IMG/VR virus record: IMGVR_UViG_3300033146_001875
Coordinates: 1 to 63,733 of that record
Source of the DNA: a virus
Taxonomy: Duplodnaviria; Caudoviricetes
DNA length: 63,733 nt
Direction: 5' to 3' (one strand)
Made by a program: the position numbers and the translations under genes. Under the pieces are notes generated by a model that worked only from the letters and a program-made list of their open reading frames with translations, did not search any database and was not told the DNA's origin. Positions within the stretch are counted from its first letter, which is position 1, and every line of letters starts with the position of its first letter. Below, piece after piece: positions 1 through 9,425 of this stretch.

Positions 1-114
1 AAAGTAAAAAAAGTTTTGAAAATATTTTTTTTTATTTATTGAGGTAGTACTTACTATACCATAGTAACACTCATTGGGGGTTCCCCCCCCATCTACATAT
101 CTTAATGCAAAATT
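1..114. repeat. Terminal direct repeat or circular assembly overlap (left copy)
   Basis: Identical to 63620-63733. Confidence 0.95.
89..114 (+). promoter_or_regulatory. 26-bp repeat CCATCTACATATCTTAATGCAAAATT, copy 1; candidate early promoter/leader
   Basis: Exact copy at 333-358. Both copies lie just upstream of an AGGAG RBS and ATG of the first two genes. Confidence 0.55.
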
Positions 115-131
115 GAATCGAGGAGAAAAAT

Positions 132-269
132 ATGGAATATTTGTTCATTGTGATTGTGATAGCATTCGGTCCATTCATCGTAAAGATGTTGGACAGAACT
201 TATGTGGCAACTAAGTCTACCCACTTTGGGAAAGACTTAGCAGAGCTATTGGATTCAGAGGTTAAATAA
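132..269 (+). CDS. 45-aa early membrane peptide (MEYLFIVIVIAFGPFIVKML...), below the ORF-track cutoff
   Basis: AGGAG RBS at 121-125, hydrophobic N-terminus, followed by a terminator hairpin. Confidence 0.75.
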   Translation: MEYLFIVIVIAFGPFIVKMLDRTYVATKSTHFGKDLAELLDSEVK

Positions 270-290
270 ACCTCTGAATCTATATTTTTT
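252..290 (+). terminator. Rho-independent terminator
   Basis: GATTCAGAGGTT/AACCTCTGAATC inverted repeat followed by a T-rich run. Confidence 0.75.
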
Positions 291-332
291 CTAACACATA
301 AACACAAAAACACAACACCCTCGATAGAGACT

Positions 333-358
333 CCATCTACATATCTTAATGCAAAATT
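333..358 (+). promoter_or_regulatory. 26-bp repeat, copy 2
   Basis: Identical to 89-114; upstream of the AGGAG RBS of ORF 380. Confidence 0.55.
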
Positions 359-379
359 TTATTATATAGGAGTTATATT

Positions 380-580
380 ATGAATGATTGGTTAGAACTA
401 ATTTCTGAAGCGAAGATTGCCGAATGGCAGTCTCTGTATAAAAGCAATAAGGAGTTGTATCGTGAAATGATGAATTTCACGATACAGTTCCGAGATGGTA
501 GCAGAGCTACCATTTCAGAATTAATGAGTAACTACGACGATGGCTATCGAGCATCTGCGAAAAGCAGATGTTGTAGTTGA
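380..580 (+). CDS. Hypothetical early protein
   Basis: AGGAG RBS; hairpin 584-613 follows the stop. Confidence 0.75.
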   Translation: MNDWLELISEAKIAEWQSLYKSNKELYREMMNFTIQFRDGSRATISELMSNYDDGYRASAKSRCCS

Positions 581-729
581 ATCAGCTAATCCACTGTAAA
601 AAGTGGGTTAGTTAATTAACAATACATTAACAAGATAGAGCAGATAGAGTTCTGTCTTGTTAACAGAAGCATAACTATAAAGCTTAGTTATTAAATACCC
701 TATGAATATATAGGAAGAAAGGATATAGC

Positions 730-1197
730 ATGAAAGTTACAAATAAAAAATTATATAGTGAAATAAAAATAAAAAATTTAGTAATAACTTTTCCAGCTGT
801 ACAGCTGGGAGTAAGTCACAAATACATAGAAGAAAAGGAAGTGGAGTATTACTCCACTTTCAAACTGATCCACAAGTTAGTTGTGGATAATACTATATCT
901 CTTGTTTATAAGAGATATAACCTTATATTGAACGATGAGGGACCAATATGGTACCTCCCAAAGATGCATAAGACGAGACTGTCAGAACTAAAGACTGTGG
1001 AATTTGTAATTCCACAGTCCCTAATTGACCATGGAGGTCAATTAGAAATAAAAAATAAAAAATCTACATTAGATGGTGGTTTTCCAGACCGTCTAATGTA
1101 TGAGGGAAAACATATTAAATTCTCTCGCGAGAATTTCCAATGGGAAATTCAATATAGCTGCAATAGTTATAAACCTTTGGATGAATTTTATCCATAG
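730..1197 (+). CDS. Hypothetical early protein
   Basis: AAGGA RBS, 155 aa. Confidence 0.8.
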   Translation: MKVTNKKLYSEIKIKNLVITFPAVQLGVSHKYIEEKEVEYYSTFKLIHKLVVDNTISLVYKRYNLILNDEGPIWYLPKMHKTRLSELKTVEFVIPQSLIDHGGQLEIKNKKSTLDGGFPDRLMYEGKHIKFSRENFQWEIQYSCNSYKPLDEFYP

Positions 1198-1207
1198 GCT
1201 TATAACA

Positions 1208-1240
1208 AGTCTCATTTACCTAACTAGGGTAAATGAGACT
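1208..1240 (+). terminator. Stem-loop after ORF 730-1197 (terminator or 3' stabiliser)
   Basis: 13-bp perfect inverted repeat AGTCTCATTTACC/GGTAAATGAGACT; no strong U-tract. Confidence 0.55.
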
Positions 1241-1326
1241 GCTATACATTACATTTAGATAGAGCCGTTGTAAATAATGATTCTATCTAAGTGTAACAGC
1301 TTATAACAAAAATCAAAGGATATAAA

Positions 1327-1500
1327 ATGAAGAAAGAAAAAATAATGGTAGTAAACTACCCATTGAAGCTAAAAGAAGTTGAGTATGCACTAGAAGCATA
1401 CTACAAGAAATATGGGGTTGATGGTAGAGACCCTGAGTTCTACCATAAAAATATTTCTATCTCTAAAGAAGCATACAAGCTTCTTAATGACTCTCTTTAG
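1327..1500 (+). CDS. 57-aa hypothetical early protein (MKKEKIMVVNYPLK...)
   Basis: AAAGGA RBS; translated by hand; below the ORF-track cutoff. Confidence 0.7.
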   Translation: MKKEKIMVVNYPLKLKEVEYALEAYYKKYGVDGRDPEFYHKNISISKEAYKLLNDSL

Positions 1501-1610
1501 CAGATAGAGAGTCATTGTATATCGGCATTGGAAGTAAGACCGAACCACAGTAGAGTTGAATAGTCTAACAACAACAATAAAATATTATATACAAAATAGA
1601 GGAACACATC

Positions 1611-2201
1611 ATGAAAAACTTATCAATAAAAAAGCAAATAAAAAAAGCTAAGAAAGAGGCTATGAAAGCTGAAAAGGCTCGCATGGACATTTTACTGTTG
1701 GCGAAAGCCAATGCTAGAGTAAATAGAGCCAGTAAAGGACTAACTCCTCGACAGGAGCAGAGAGAGCTGGTTAAGATGTTAAATAACAAGTTGACTGACT
1801 TGATCAGTCTTGGTTACGATAAGAAAGGTTACTTTGGTTATGTAACTGTAACAAATATGGTCATATCTATCTGCAATACAATTCAATTTAATCCTCATGA
1901 AATGTATGAGGATGCATTAGCATTGACTGGTTTGTCAAAGTATACTATCGATGAGATAGTATCAGCACAAGGTTTAAGACCTCGTGTTAATCTTGAAAAT
2001 GAATGTGTTGAGTCTGGTATTCCAGCTCAAGTAGATGAGTTAAAGGATCTTATAGAAATGGCAGTTGAAGAAATGCAATTGCCATTTACTCCAGACCTGA
2101 ATAAAATGAGTCAGGAGCAGGCGAATAAAATTTATAAAGATAGCTATGCTTATATGAGTGAGCAATTAGCTATCTCTATCAAAGAAGCTTCGGCTTCATA
2201 G
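1611..2201 (+). CDS. Hypothetical early protein preceding RNAP
   Basis: GAGGA RBS, 196 aa, basic N-terminus and acidic C-terminus. Confidence 0.85.
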   Translation: MKNLSIKKQIKKAKKEAMKAEKARMDILLLAKANARVNRASKGLTPRQEQRELVKMLNNKLTDLISLGYDKKGYFGYVTVTNMVISICNTIQFNPHEMYEDALALTGLSKYTIDEIVSAQGLRPRVNLENECVESGIPAQVDELKDLIEMAVEEMQLPFTPDLNKMSQEQANKIYKDSYAYMSEQLAISIKEASAS

Positions 2202-2289
2202 AGTAGTACTAGAGTCTGATATACATACAAGAACTGAGAAGCTTGTATGTATATTTAATTATATAAAAACAAAATAGAGGAATGAGAAA

Positions 2290-4128
2290 ATGATGAATAT
2301 AAATGAGATAATAGATGGTGGTTCAGTAGAGCTATGTAGTGTTGTATTAAACAAGATAGCAGATAGAGAGATAGATTATGTTCAAGAACTAATGGATTCT
2401 CTGCTGCATAATTATCTAGTTAAAGGTACAGATGGTTCTACATCTTTAACATATTGGCAAACAGTAGCTAGCCAAAAAGGCATAGAACTAGATAGATTTA
2501 ATGAATTATTGGCCCTGTTAGATAGAGAGGGGTATGTTACAACATCTGTTGTGCCTGCTCGTAACTGGGCAGAAATAAAGCTAAATGCTAGTGAGCTAAA
2601 AGACATAGAGCTCAGAAAGGAGTTCTTAATATCTAAACATATCATGAGACTTGACAATAGTGAAGCTATTGTTAATTTATCTAAATGGGGAAATACATTT
2701 AAAGATACTGGTTTAGCAAGAAGAGGTAGTGCTAAGGCTAGCAAAAATGCATTTGGTTTAGATTTCTCTACAGTTGATTATAGTGCTATATCTATGGAGG
2801 TGCTAACTAAGAATTTAGTTAAATCTATGGATAAGATGTTAAGCAAGAACGACAAGCTTGTATTGAAAGAGATTAATTATAAAGATTTAGCTATATCTAT
2901 ATTGAATATCTATATGCTAAATGGTCCTAAGACTCTATATAACTCTGAACAAAATATGCATGATAGTCGTGGTAGAGCTATCAAAAAAGTTATGAAAAGA
3001 GTATTTAATTATATCTCAAATAAAGATGCTAGAGCTATGCTTGTTATTCCTCAAAAAAGAAGAAAGCCTATGACCAAAGATGGAAACAAAAGAAGATATT
3101 TAGCTATAGCTGAACTGCTTGGCTTAAAAGAACCAACTCTCAAAGAGAAAATTTCGGCAGGCTGGAAAGCTTACCAACAACGGAAATTATTGGATTTAAA
3201 TCCTCAAGATGAACATGATAGAAGTGAATGGCATGTTAATATTTGGTTAGAAAGAATATACAGAGATCTGTATAGCTATGAACAAAATAAAGACTATAAA
3301 GCAGAATGTCCCATTGAGATAGATTGTACTGCTAGTATGCTTCAGGTACAAGGTGCTTTGTTTAATCACAAACCTTTCATAAGAGGTACCAATATGAATG
3401 TTGGCAAGAAAGGCAAGCTTAGAGATATGTGGCATCACAAACATATTAAAAGAGAACCATTCAAAACTGCTATGACTCAGATGTTGTATGGTTCTTCTAA
3501 GGGTGTTACTAAAATATGGAATGAAAAAGGTTTCAAAGTTAAAGATAAACAAATTCTATATTTTAATCAAGAAATTAGAGCTGGAAAGATGGCACTAGCT
3601 AATGAGTTTAAAAACTTTATTATAAAGAATGTTAATCCATCTGTTGTAATGAATCCAGTTATAAACGGAGAATCCTTTGAGGTTCAATGTAATAAGTTTA
3701 AAGATACTGCTGAGTTCTTGAAGCTACATAAGCTTTATGACTCTAAGACTGGTCTTATCAAGACTATACAACAGTCTAAAACAAAGAAAGTCCCAGACTT
3801 AAAGCAGTTTAATAGATTCTTTGTAACTTTGTTTATTCACAATCTGGATAGTCAAGTAGCTGATTATGTGTGTGATAGTAACTACTGGGTATTAGATATA
3901 TATGATGCATTTATATGTAATGCTGAGGATGCTGAGCCACTAGCTCAAAGACTATGCGAGAAGCTGGATACAATAAAAGACAATGGTCCTCAAATCATTG
4001 AAGAATATCTGAAGTCCATCTCAATAGATATTAAAGAGCCACATATGGCTAGAAAATGGAAAAGAGTTACCAGCAAAATTGAAGATGCTGGCAATAATTG
4101 GAGATGTCAAACTACTGCACTTAAATAA
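2290..4128 (+). CDS. T7-like single-subunit DNA-directed RNA polymerase (N4 RNAPII equivalent, unsplit)
   Basis: Motifs HDSRGR (DxxGR), EIDCTASMLQ (A), REPFKTAMTQMLYG (B), HNLDS, IYDAF (C). Confidence 0.93.
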   Translation: MMNINEIIDGGSVELCSVVLNKIADREIDYVQELMDSLLHNYLVKGTDGSTSLTYWQTVASQKGIELDRFNELLALLDREGYVTTSVVPARNWAEIKLNASELKDIELRKEFLISKHIMRLDNSEAIVNLSKWGNTFKDTGLARRGSAKASKNAFGLDFSTVDYSAISMEVLTKNLVKSMDKMLSKNDKLVLKEINYKDLAISILNIYMLNGPKTLYNSEQNMHDSRGRAIKKVMKRVFNYISNKDARAMLVIPQKRRKPMTKDGNKRRYLAIAELLGLKEPTLKEKISAGWKAYQQRKLLDLNPQDEHDRSEWHVNIWLERIYRDLYSYEQNKDYKAECPIEIDCTASMLQVQGALFNHKPFIRGTNMNVGKKGKLRDMWHHKHIKREPFKTAMTQMLYGSSKGVTKIWNEKGFKVKDKQILYFNQEIRAGKMALANEFKNFIIKNVNPSVVMNPVINGESFEVQCNKFKDTAEFLKLHKLYDSKTGLIKTIQQSKTKKVPDLKQFNRFFVTLFIHNLDSQVADYVCDSNYWVLDIYDAFICNAEDAEPLAQRLCEKLDTIKDNGPQIIEEYLKSISIDIKEPHMARKWKRVTSKIEDAGNNWRCQTTALK

Positions 4129-4163
4129 AAGTGTGGTGGTTCTGCCATCTCTATCGTTCCTTT

Positions 4164-4239
<76 letters not shown>

Positions 4240-4292
4240 CTTTGTTTTTGTATACTTTGAAAAAGATAGTAAATATATATAAAGGAAAAAAT

Positions 4293-4466
4293 ATGACTAT
4301 ACATGAAAAGATAAATATCAGATATACTTTGAGGTATCAACTTGAAGCAAAAAAATATATGGCACTTCATAAATATCAGTTATTGCTTATGTATGAGTGG
4401 TTCAATAACGAATGGAAAAATAGGACTTCTGTTCTATTGAGATTTATAGAGAACCATCATACATAG
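4293..4466 (+). CDS. 57-aa hypothetical protein (likely true start of track ORF 4131-4466)
   Basis: AAAGGA RBS before ATG 4293; the upstream extension is only the poly-T. Confidence 0.65.
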   Translation: MTIHEKINIRYTLRYQLEAKKYMALHKYQLLLMYEWFNNEWKNRTSVLLRFIENHHT

Positions 4467-4998
4467 GTAGTTCTTTATATATATATTGTTTTTTATTCCA
4501 TCGTGGAACAAATGGCAATATATATACTTCTTATATTGTGAGAAATATGAAGATAACAATCTCTCAAAGTAATGCAAATGAATAAATCCCAGTCACTATA
4601 ATTCTACTGTCTCTCACAGATATGGTTCTACTTATCGACTAGACAATACAAGCACTCTGTTGCTTAGGTTATATACTTATTCGCATTATTTTGAGAGGTC
4701 GTTTCACACTGTGATTCCTCAACTGTTTATATATAAAAATATATTAAGACTTTTCATCTTATTTCCTCTATTTGTTCATTTTTATATACACAGTGTGGCG
4801 ACTCTCACAAAACTCAAATTAGTTATAACTCTCCTGTTTTACTGAGCAAATCTAGCAGGAGAGTTATGCTATTTTTATATAAGATAATATGTATATTGTT
4901 TTATATAAAAATAGGGTATAAAGCCAAGGAGAAAATCAGAGGAGACATTAAGGTCTGGATGTCTGATTTTACATTAAAACAACATTAGGAGAGAATAC

Positions 4999-5313
4999 AT
5001 GAAATACAACATAAAAGAGATAGAAAAGGCTTTGTCGTCAGATGATGCTAGAAAGCTCATAAGTTTCTTTAAAAGAAGAAATATATCTATGGAACAGAAA
5101 AATGCTTTTATATATAGCAGAGTGCTTAAAAAAGACACTCGTATGTTAATGAACCACTATGATTTAGATAGTGGCTTAGAAATAGCTAACAGGCTTATAA
5201 AAGAACATAGTGCTGTTATTGACAGTAACTTCTCTGCAAGAGTTGTGAAGTCTATGAAGAAATTTATAATTTCAATAAATAGAATAAAGGATTATTATGA
5301 AGAAAAAGCTTAG
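4999..5313 (+). CDS. Hypothetical protein
   Basis: AGGAG RBS. Confidence 0.8.
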   Translation: MKYNIKEIEKALSSDDARKLISFFKRRNISMEQKNAFIYSRVLKKDTRMLMNHYDLDSGLEIANRLIKEHSAVIDSNFSARVVKSMKKFIISINRIKDYYEEKA

Positions 5314-5566
5314 TATAGAAGTAGCTATGATGTTAGCTCCAGAGGAAAGGAGTAGGATAAATTTTAATACCATGATCAGTTTGATGGAAGATTTTATAGA
5401 TAGGCAACAGGCTTTTTTACATAAGAACTTAGATGAAAAAGATGTAAAAAATATGACTAGAAATTTAAGAAAAGCTATTTATATAAAAAAGCTATTTATA
5501 TCTAAATTTGAAAAAAATAGAGACTATTGGCTATACAAGAAGCTAATAGAGAACCATCGAATTTAA
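5297..5566 (+). CDS. Hypothetical protein
   Basis: AAGGA RBS, overlaps the upstream gene. Confidence 0.75.
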   Translation: MKKKLSIEVAMMLAPEERSRINFNTMISLMEDFIDRQQAFLHKNLDEKDVKNMTRNLRKAIYIKKLFISKFEKNRDYWLYKKLIENHRI

Positions 5567-5582
5567 AAAAAAAGGATATGTT

Positions 5583-5909
5583 ATGGAAACAATGAAAAGA
5601 ATTTGTGCAAAAGCACTTGAAGTATCTAAACTTAGTTTTAGAAACAAGCATAAGGGAGACTGGCATTATGAAGTAGAAGAAGAAACTCTGGATGTAGATG
5701 GGCACCCTATCAAAAGAGTTTATAACTTTATCAAAGTAGGTGGGTATGATGGAATGGATGACATTCAATATAATATTATGCCTGATGGCTCTATAGAATG
5801 TAATTATAGAGAACCATGTCGCATGTTCGACACACTCGAGGAAGCTTATATGTGTCATAATGAACTGTGGTTCTTACTAGAACAAGCTGAAAAGAATGGA
5901 GAATTATAA
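5583..5909 (+). CDS. Hypothetical protein
   Basis: A-tract plus AAGGA RBS. Confidence 0.75.
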   Translation: METMKRICAKALEVSKLSFRNKHKGDWHYEVEEETLDVDGHPIKRVYNFIKVGGYDGMDDIQYNIMPDGSIECNYREPCRMFDTLEEAYMCHNELWFLLEQAEKNGEL

Positions 5910-6073
5910 TGGGTCTTTATAGCCGTGCATACAAAGAGAAAAAAAAAGTTATATCTAAACTAAAAATAATGAGAATAGCAGATGATATTAGAGAGTTTTT
6001 TATAGAGAACCATACAGACTCTGAGAATTATAAAAAATTCTACAAATATGGGAGAATAAAAAATGCTAAGTGA
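5909..6073 (+). CDS. 54-aa basic hypothetical protein (MGLYSRAYKEKKK...)
   Basis: TAATG stop-start overlap, GGAG RBS; fills the gap between two genes. Confidence 0.65.
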   Translation: MGLYSRAYKEKKKVISKLKIMRIADDIREFFIENHTDSENYKKFYKYGRIKNAK

Positions 6074-6539
6074 CCATAGTGTAGAACACAATAAAGCCCT
6101 GATGGTAGGTTCTTTTATTGGATTCTTAGTTACTCTCGTGGACAAGAACGATAATAACAAAACACAAAGAATATTAAAGAAAGTATTGAAAAGAGGGTCA
6201 AGAGACCAAGCAAAACTTTCTAATGATATATGGACTAATTCATCTAGTGATTTAATTAGAGAGTTTACAAGGTTCTCTATAGAACCAACAGTTGTAATAG
6301 AGACTTTGTTTTATTCTCATGAAAAAATACTAAGAGATGCTTTTACATCTGATTTAGAAAACTCTTGTTTGAAGTTCTGTGAATTATATCAAATGGAACA
6401 ACTAGAAAATACTGAAACAGAGTTTGCAAAATCTTCTTATGTATTTGCCGATAAGCTAGCAAAAGAAACAGAGATTGCTTTATGGAGAGTGTTAAAGAAG
6501 AAAGAACAATATACTGTGAGAGAAGTGGAAGTTAAATAA
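6063..6539 (+). CDS. Hypothetical protein
   Basis: GGAG RBS, 158 aa. Confidence 0.8.
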   Translation: MLSDHSVEHNKALMVGSFIGFLVTLVDKNDNNKTQRILKKVLKRGSRDQAKLSNDIWTNSSSDLIREFTRFSIEPTVVIETLFYSHEKILRDAFTSDLENSCLKFCELYQMEQLENTETEFAKSSYVFADKLAKETEIALWRVLKKKEQYTVREVEVK

Positions 6540-6776
6540 TATATATTGGGTCCAGTTATCGACCCATAGACAAAAATGTAACTAACATGGACTGTAGCTC
6601 TACAGTTAAATATTGAGCATACCAAAAAAACTGCTTCTAGTCTTTTTTTTCCGTTGAGTGGAAAAACGAATTTTAATGTTACTGCCTAGGGATTTATTTC
6701 CCTAGGTATAGCAATATTGAATAAAGTAAATATTTATTATTTATTTTATTCAATATTGAAACAATAAGGAATAAAT

Positions 6777-6923
6777 ATGTTGGTTGAAAGACTTATGATA
6801 ACAGTACTGACTATCTGTTTTGTATATATGTTGGTTTTAAAGAAGCAATATGCTGAACAAAACTGTATAGAGTGCGAGAGAGTTGAGAGACAGCTCTTGT
6901 TAAAAAGGGGCATTTGTGATTGA
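6777..6923 (+). CDS. 48-aa membrane peptide with CxxC
   Basis: AAGGA RBS, N-terminal hydrophobic segment; translated by hand. Confidence 0.6.
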   Translation: MLVERLMITVLTICFVYMLVLKKQYAEQNCIECERVERQLLLKRGICD

Positions 6924-7167
6924 TTGGACCAAAACACTTGCTAATATTATGTACAAACATAATGAGAACAATATAAATTTCACTATAAAAGATGTAGAGG
7001 AAATACATAGTTATATCCTTGAGCTAAAAAGTGAAATAAAAGAACTTGAAAATTCCAAGAAGAGAGTACAAGCCAGTAAAGCTAAAGCTGAACAGGATTA
7101 TTTAAAGATAGTGCAGAAGCTTAAAACAGATAATCTGGATAACTACAAGATAGACAAAAAGGTATAA
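6916..7167 (+). CDS. Hypothetical coiled-coil protein
   Basis: GTG start, AGGGG RBS. Confidence 0.7.
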   Translation: MIDWTKTLANIMYKHNENNINFTIKDVEEIHSYILELKSEIKELENSKKRVQASKAKAEQDYLKIVQKLKTDNLDNYKIDKKV

Positions 7168-7171
7168 GACA

Positions 7172-7732
7172 ATGAAGATAAAAACAAAGTTTAGTGTTGA
7201 AGATACAGTATTTTTAATGCATGGAGGCTCTGCAAGAGAAGCGATGGTAGAAAGTATTAAAATAGAAGTTTATTGCAATGAAAGACATACTGCTTATCGT
7301 TGTGTAGCGACGAGTCAGGATTTTCGTTGTGAGAGAGGCGAAAAAGGCTTATATAAAAGCAGAAAAGCAGCTATAAAAGCTTGGGTGAAAGAACAGGAAG
7401 CTGAGCAAAATATCAATATATTGCATAAAGATATGTTGCTTCACAAAGCACATTATAAAAAAGAGAGAATAAGAAACATGAATGACACCTTTGATAATGC
7501 AGAAGAAGCAAAAAATAGTTTTTATGCAATAGAATGTTCAAAAGATGGCGAAATGCTTATAGACGAGATATATAGTGCATTTGATAATCGTAAATGCACT
7601 GATTGTCAATTCAGTGAAGTTTATACTGAAACTCAGTGTTATTGTACTGAGGGTGTTGGAAACGAGATAGAAGATGACAATTTTATCGTAGCGAAAGATT
7701 TTCATTGTAAATATTTTCTACGAAAGGGTTGA
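7172..7732 (+). CDS. Hypothetical protein with Cys-rich C-terminus
   Basis: 186 aa; CxxC..C..C near the C-terminus. Confidence 0.75.
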   Translation: MKIKTKFSVEDTVFLMHGGSAREAMVESIKIEVYCNERHTAYRCVATSQDFRCERGEKGLYKSRKAAIKAWVKEQEAEQNINILHKDMLLHKAHYKKERIRNMNDTFDNAEEAKNSFYAIECSKDGEMLIDEIYSAFDNRKCTDCQFSEVYTETQCYCTEGVGNEIEDDNFIVAKDFHCKYFLRKG

Positions 7733-7736
7733 ATAA

Positions 7737-8228
7737 ATGAATGAGAAATACTGGAGAGATGGAAAGTGTCCATATTGTGGTTCTGAAGGACTATTCGAGA
7801 TAAGTGTTGAGAAGATATATCTAACAGAATATCATGAGTATCTTTGCAGTAGTTGTAAAGGTAGGTATACAGATAATTATGAGCCAACTAGAGTGATGAA
7901 CCCAGATGCAGACGATGAAGAATATTTTGATGTAGAGACAGATTATGGATCTTGTAAGAATGGAGGTTTTCTTGAACGGGTTTTAGCTATGGCTAGAAAA
8001 GTGATTAAGTTTGAGGTAGAAAATGGTAAATATTATATTACTGACCAAGAAGCTGAAGAAGAAAATTTTAGAATAAAACTTCGTAAAATAAAGAAAGAAT
8101 TTGAAAATAGTCTTGAAGAAGATGATTGTGTAGTAAAATTAGTTTTAATAAAAGTAAGAGATATTTTTGGTCAACATTTAACTAAGAATACATTACAAAA
8201 AATAATCGAGGAGATTGAAAATGTGTGA
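7737..8228 (+). CDS. Zn-ribbon hypothetical protein
   Basis: CPYC...CSSC. Confidence 0.75.
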   Translation: MNEKYWRDGKCPYCGSEGLFEISVEKIYLTEYHEYLCSSCKGRYTDNYEPTRVMNPDADDEEYFDVETDYGSCKNGGFLERVLAMARKVIKFEVENGKYYITDQEAEEENFRIKLRKIKKEFENSLEEDDCVVKLVLIKVRDIFGQHLTKNTLQKIIEEIENV

Positions 8229-8613
8229 AAAAACAAATGATTGTAGTCATGTAGGTATGGAAATATGTCTATTTTGTGGTGAGCCTAAAAATATAATTAT
8301 ATCTGAACAATTGAAAAGTAAAATTCCAAAAAAATTTGTTGCAGATTCAGTGCCATGCGAAGAATGTATTAAAAGATTTGAAAAAGGTTTTACATTTTTT
8401 ATTGTTACTGAAGAAGAACCATCTCAGAAATATGCAGCAGATATGACAAGAATTGATAATATATCAGATAATTCGTTATACCTAACTGGTGGTTATATGG
8501 TTTTTGACCCAGAGGGGCTTCCTGAAGAACTTCGTAAAGAACCAGAACAGAAAATGTTTATTACTATGGAAGAAGCGATAGAAGTAGGTTTAATTCAAGA
8601 TAAAAAAGATTAA
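8221..8613 (+). CDS. Zn-finger hypothetical protein
   Basis: CLFC...CEEC; GAGGAG RBS favours ATG 8221. Confidence 0.75.
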   Translation: MCEKTNDCSHVGMEICLFCGEPKNIIISEQLKSKIPKKFVADSVPCEECIKRFEKGFTFFIVTEEEPSQKYAADMTRIDNISDNSLYLTGGYMVFDPEGLPEELRKEPEQKMFITMEEAIEVGLIQDKKD

Positions 8614-9218
8614 TTAATCTAATTAAGACGGGGTTGCATATTGTGGTTGTCAAACGGAATGCAGAAAGCCAATGACAGGTTATTAGTTGGCTATTAATTA
8701 CTCATTGAGGAGTAATTCAAGGTAATGCTTAGGGTGTGCAAAAATATTCAAACTGGACACCAATAATTCTTCTAGTGATGGAAGTAAAAAAAAATCAGCA
8801 ATAAGCTTATGAAGCACACTAATAAAATTATGGTTAGCTACCGTAGTAAAATGTGTGCTTTAGTAAGTTTATACTTGAGTTTAAAGATAGAGATAGTAAA
8901 AAACATACCAATAAGAATTAAATATTAAATAATTTTTATTGGTGTGTTGAATATATAGATTGTTGTATTTATTTTCCTATCCTTTATGAATACAACATCA
9001 TTATTTAACCGCCAAAAAAAATAAGCAACTTATTTTAATATGTCGTTTTGCAATTTCGCTATATAAAATAAGTTGTGATAAGAAAACTCCTTATAGATTC
9101 ATTCAAAAGCTATAGAACCATAATCTAACTATGTGTTCTATAGTATTTTATTATTATGAGTATTCTGTATAAAGCTAAGAATACTGATATAGATAAAATA
9201 CACGATGGAGATAACATA

Positions 9219-9425
9219 ATGATAGACATAGAGCAAGAAAAAAGAGAAGAAGCAGAATTAGAAGCTAAGATAGAAAAGGCTACGAGAGACGATTTGGACT
9301 TCTGCCTAGAGGCACTTGGTTTTTTTGAGCTTCAGACAGCGGTGGCTGATTTAGCTATAAATTTAAGTGAGTATGGTTATACCTTTTCATTTTCAGAATT
9401 ATTAGATGAGTTGAAGTACAGATGA
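9219..9425 (+). CDS. Acidic hypothetical protein
   Basis: GGAG RBS before ATG 9219 (track start is 9156). Confidence 0.65.
   Translation: MIDIEQEKREEAELEAKIEKATRDDLDFCLEALGFFELQTAVADLAINLSEYGYTFSFSELLDELKYR

Noticed and set aside
2184-2197. GAAGC-TTCG-GCTTC as an N4-type vRNAP promoter hairpin
   Set aside because: Four-base loop inside the end of a coding sequence; better explained as an RNA UUCG hairpin or chance.
6548-6624. tRNA-like segment ending in ACCA
   Set aside because: No GTTCRA T-loop or proper acceptor stem; no tRNA was recognised anywhere by eye.
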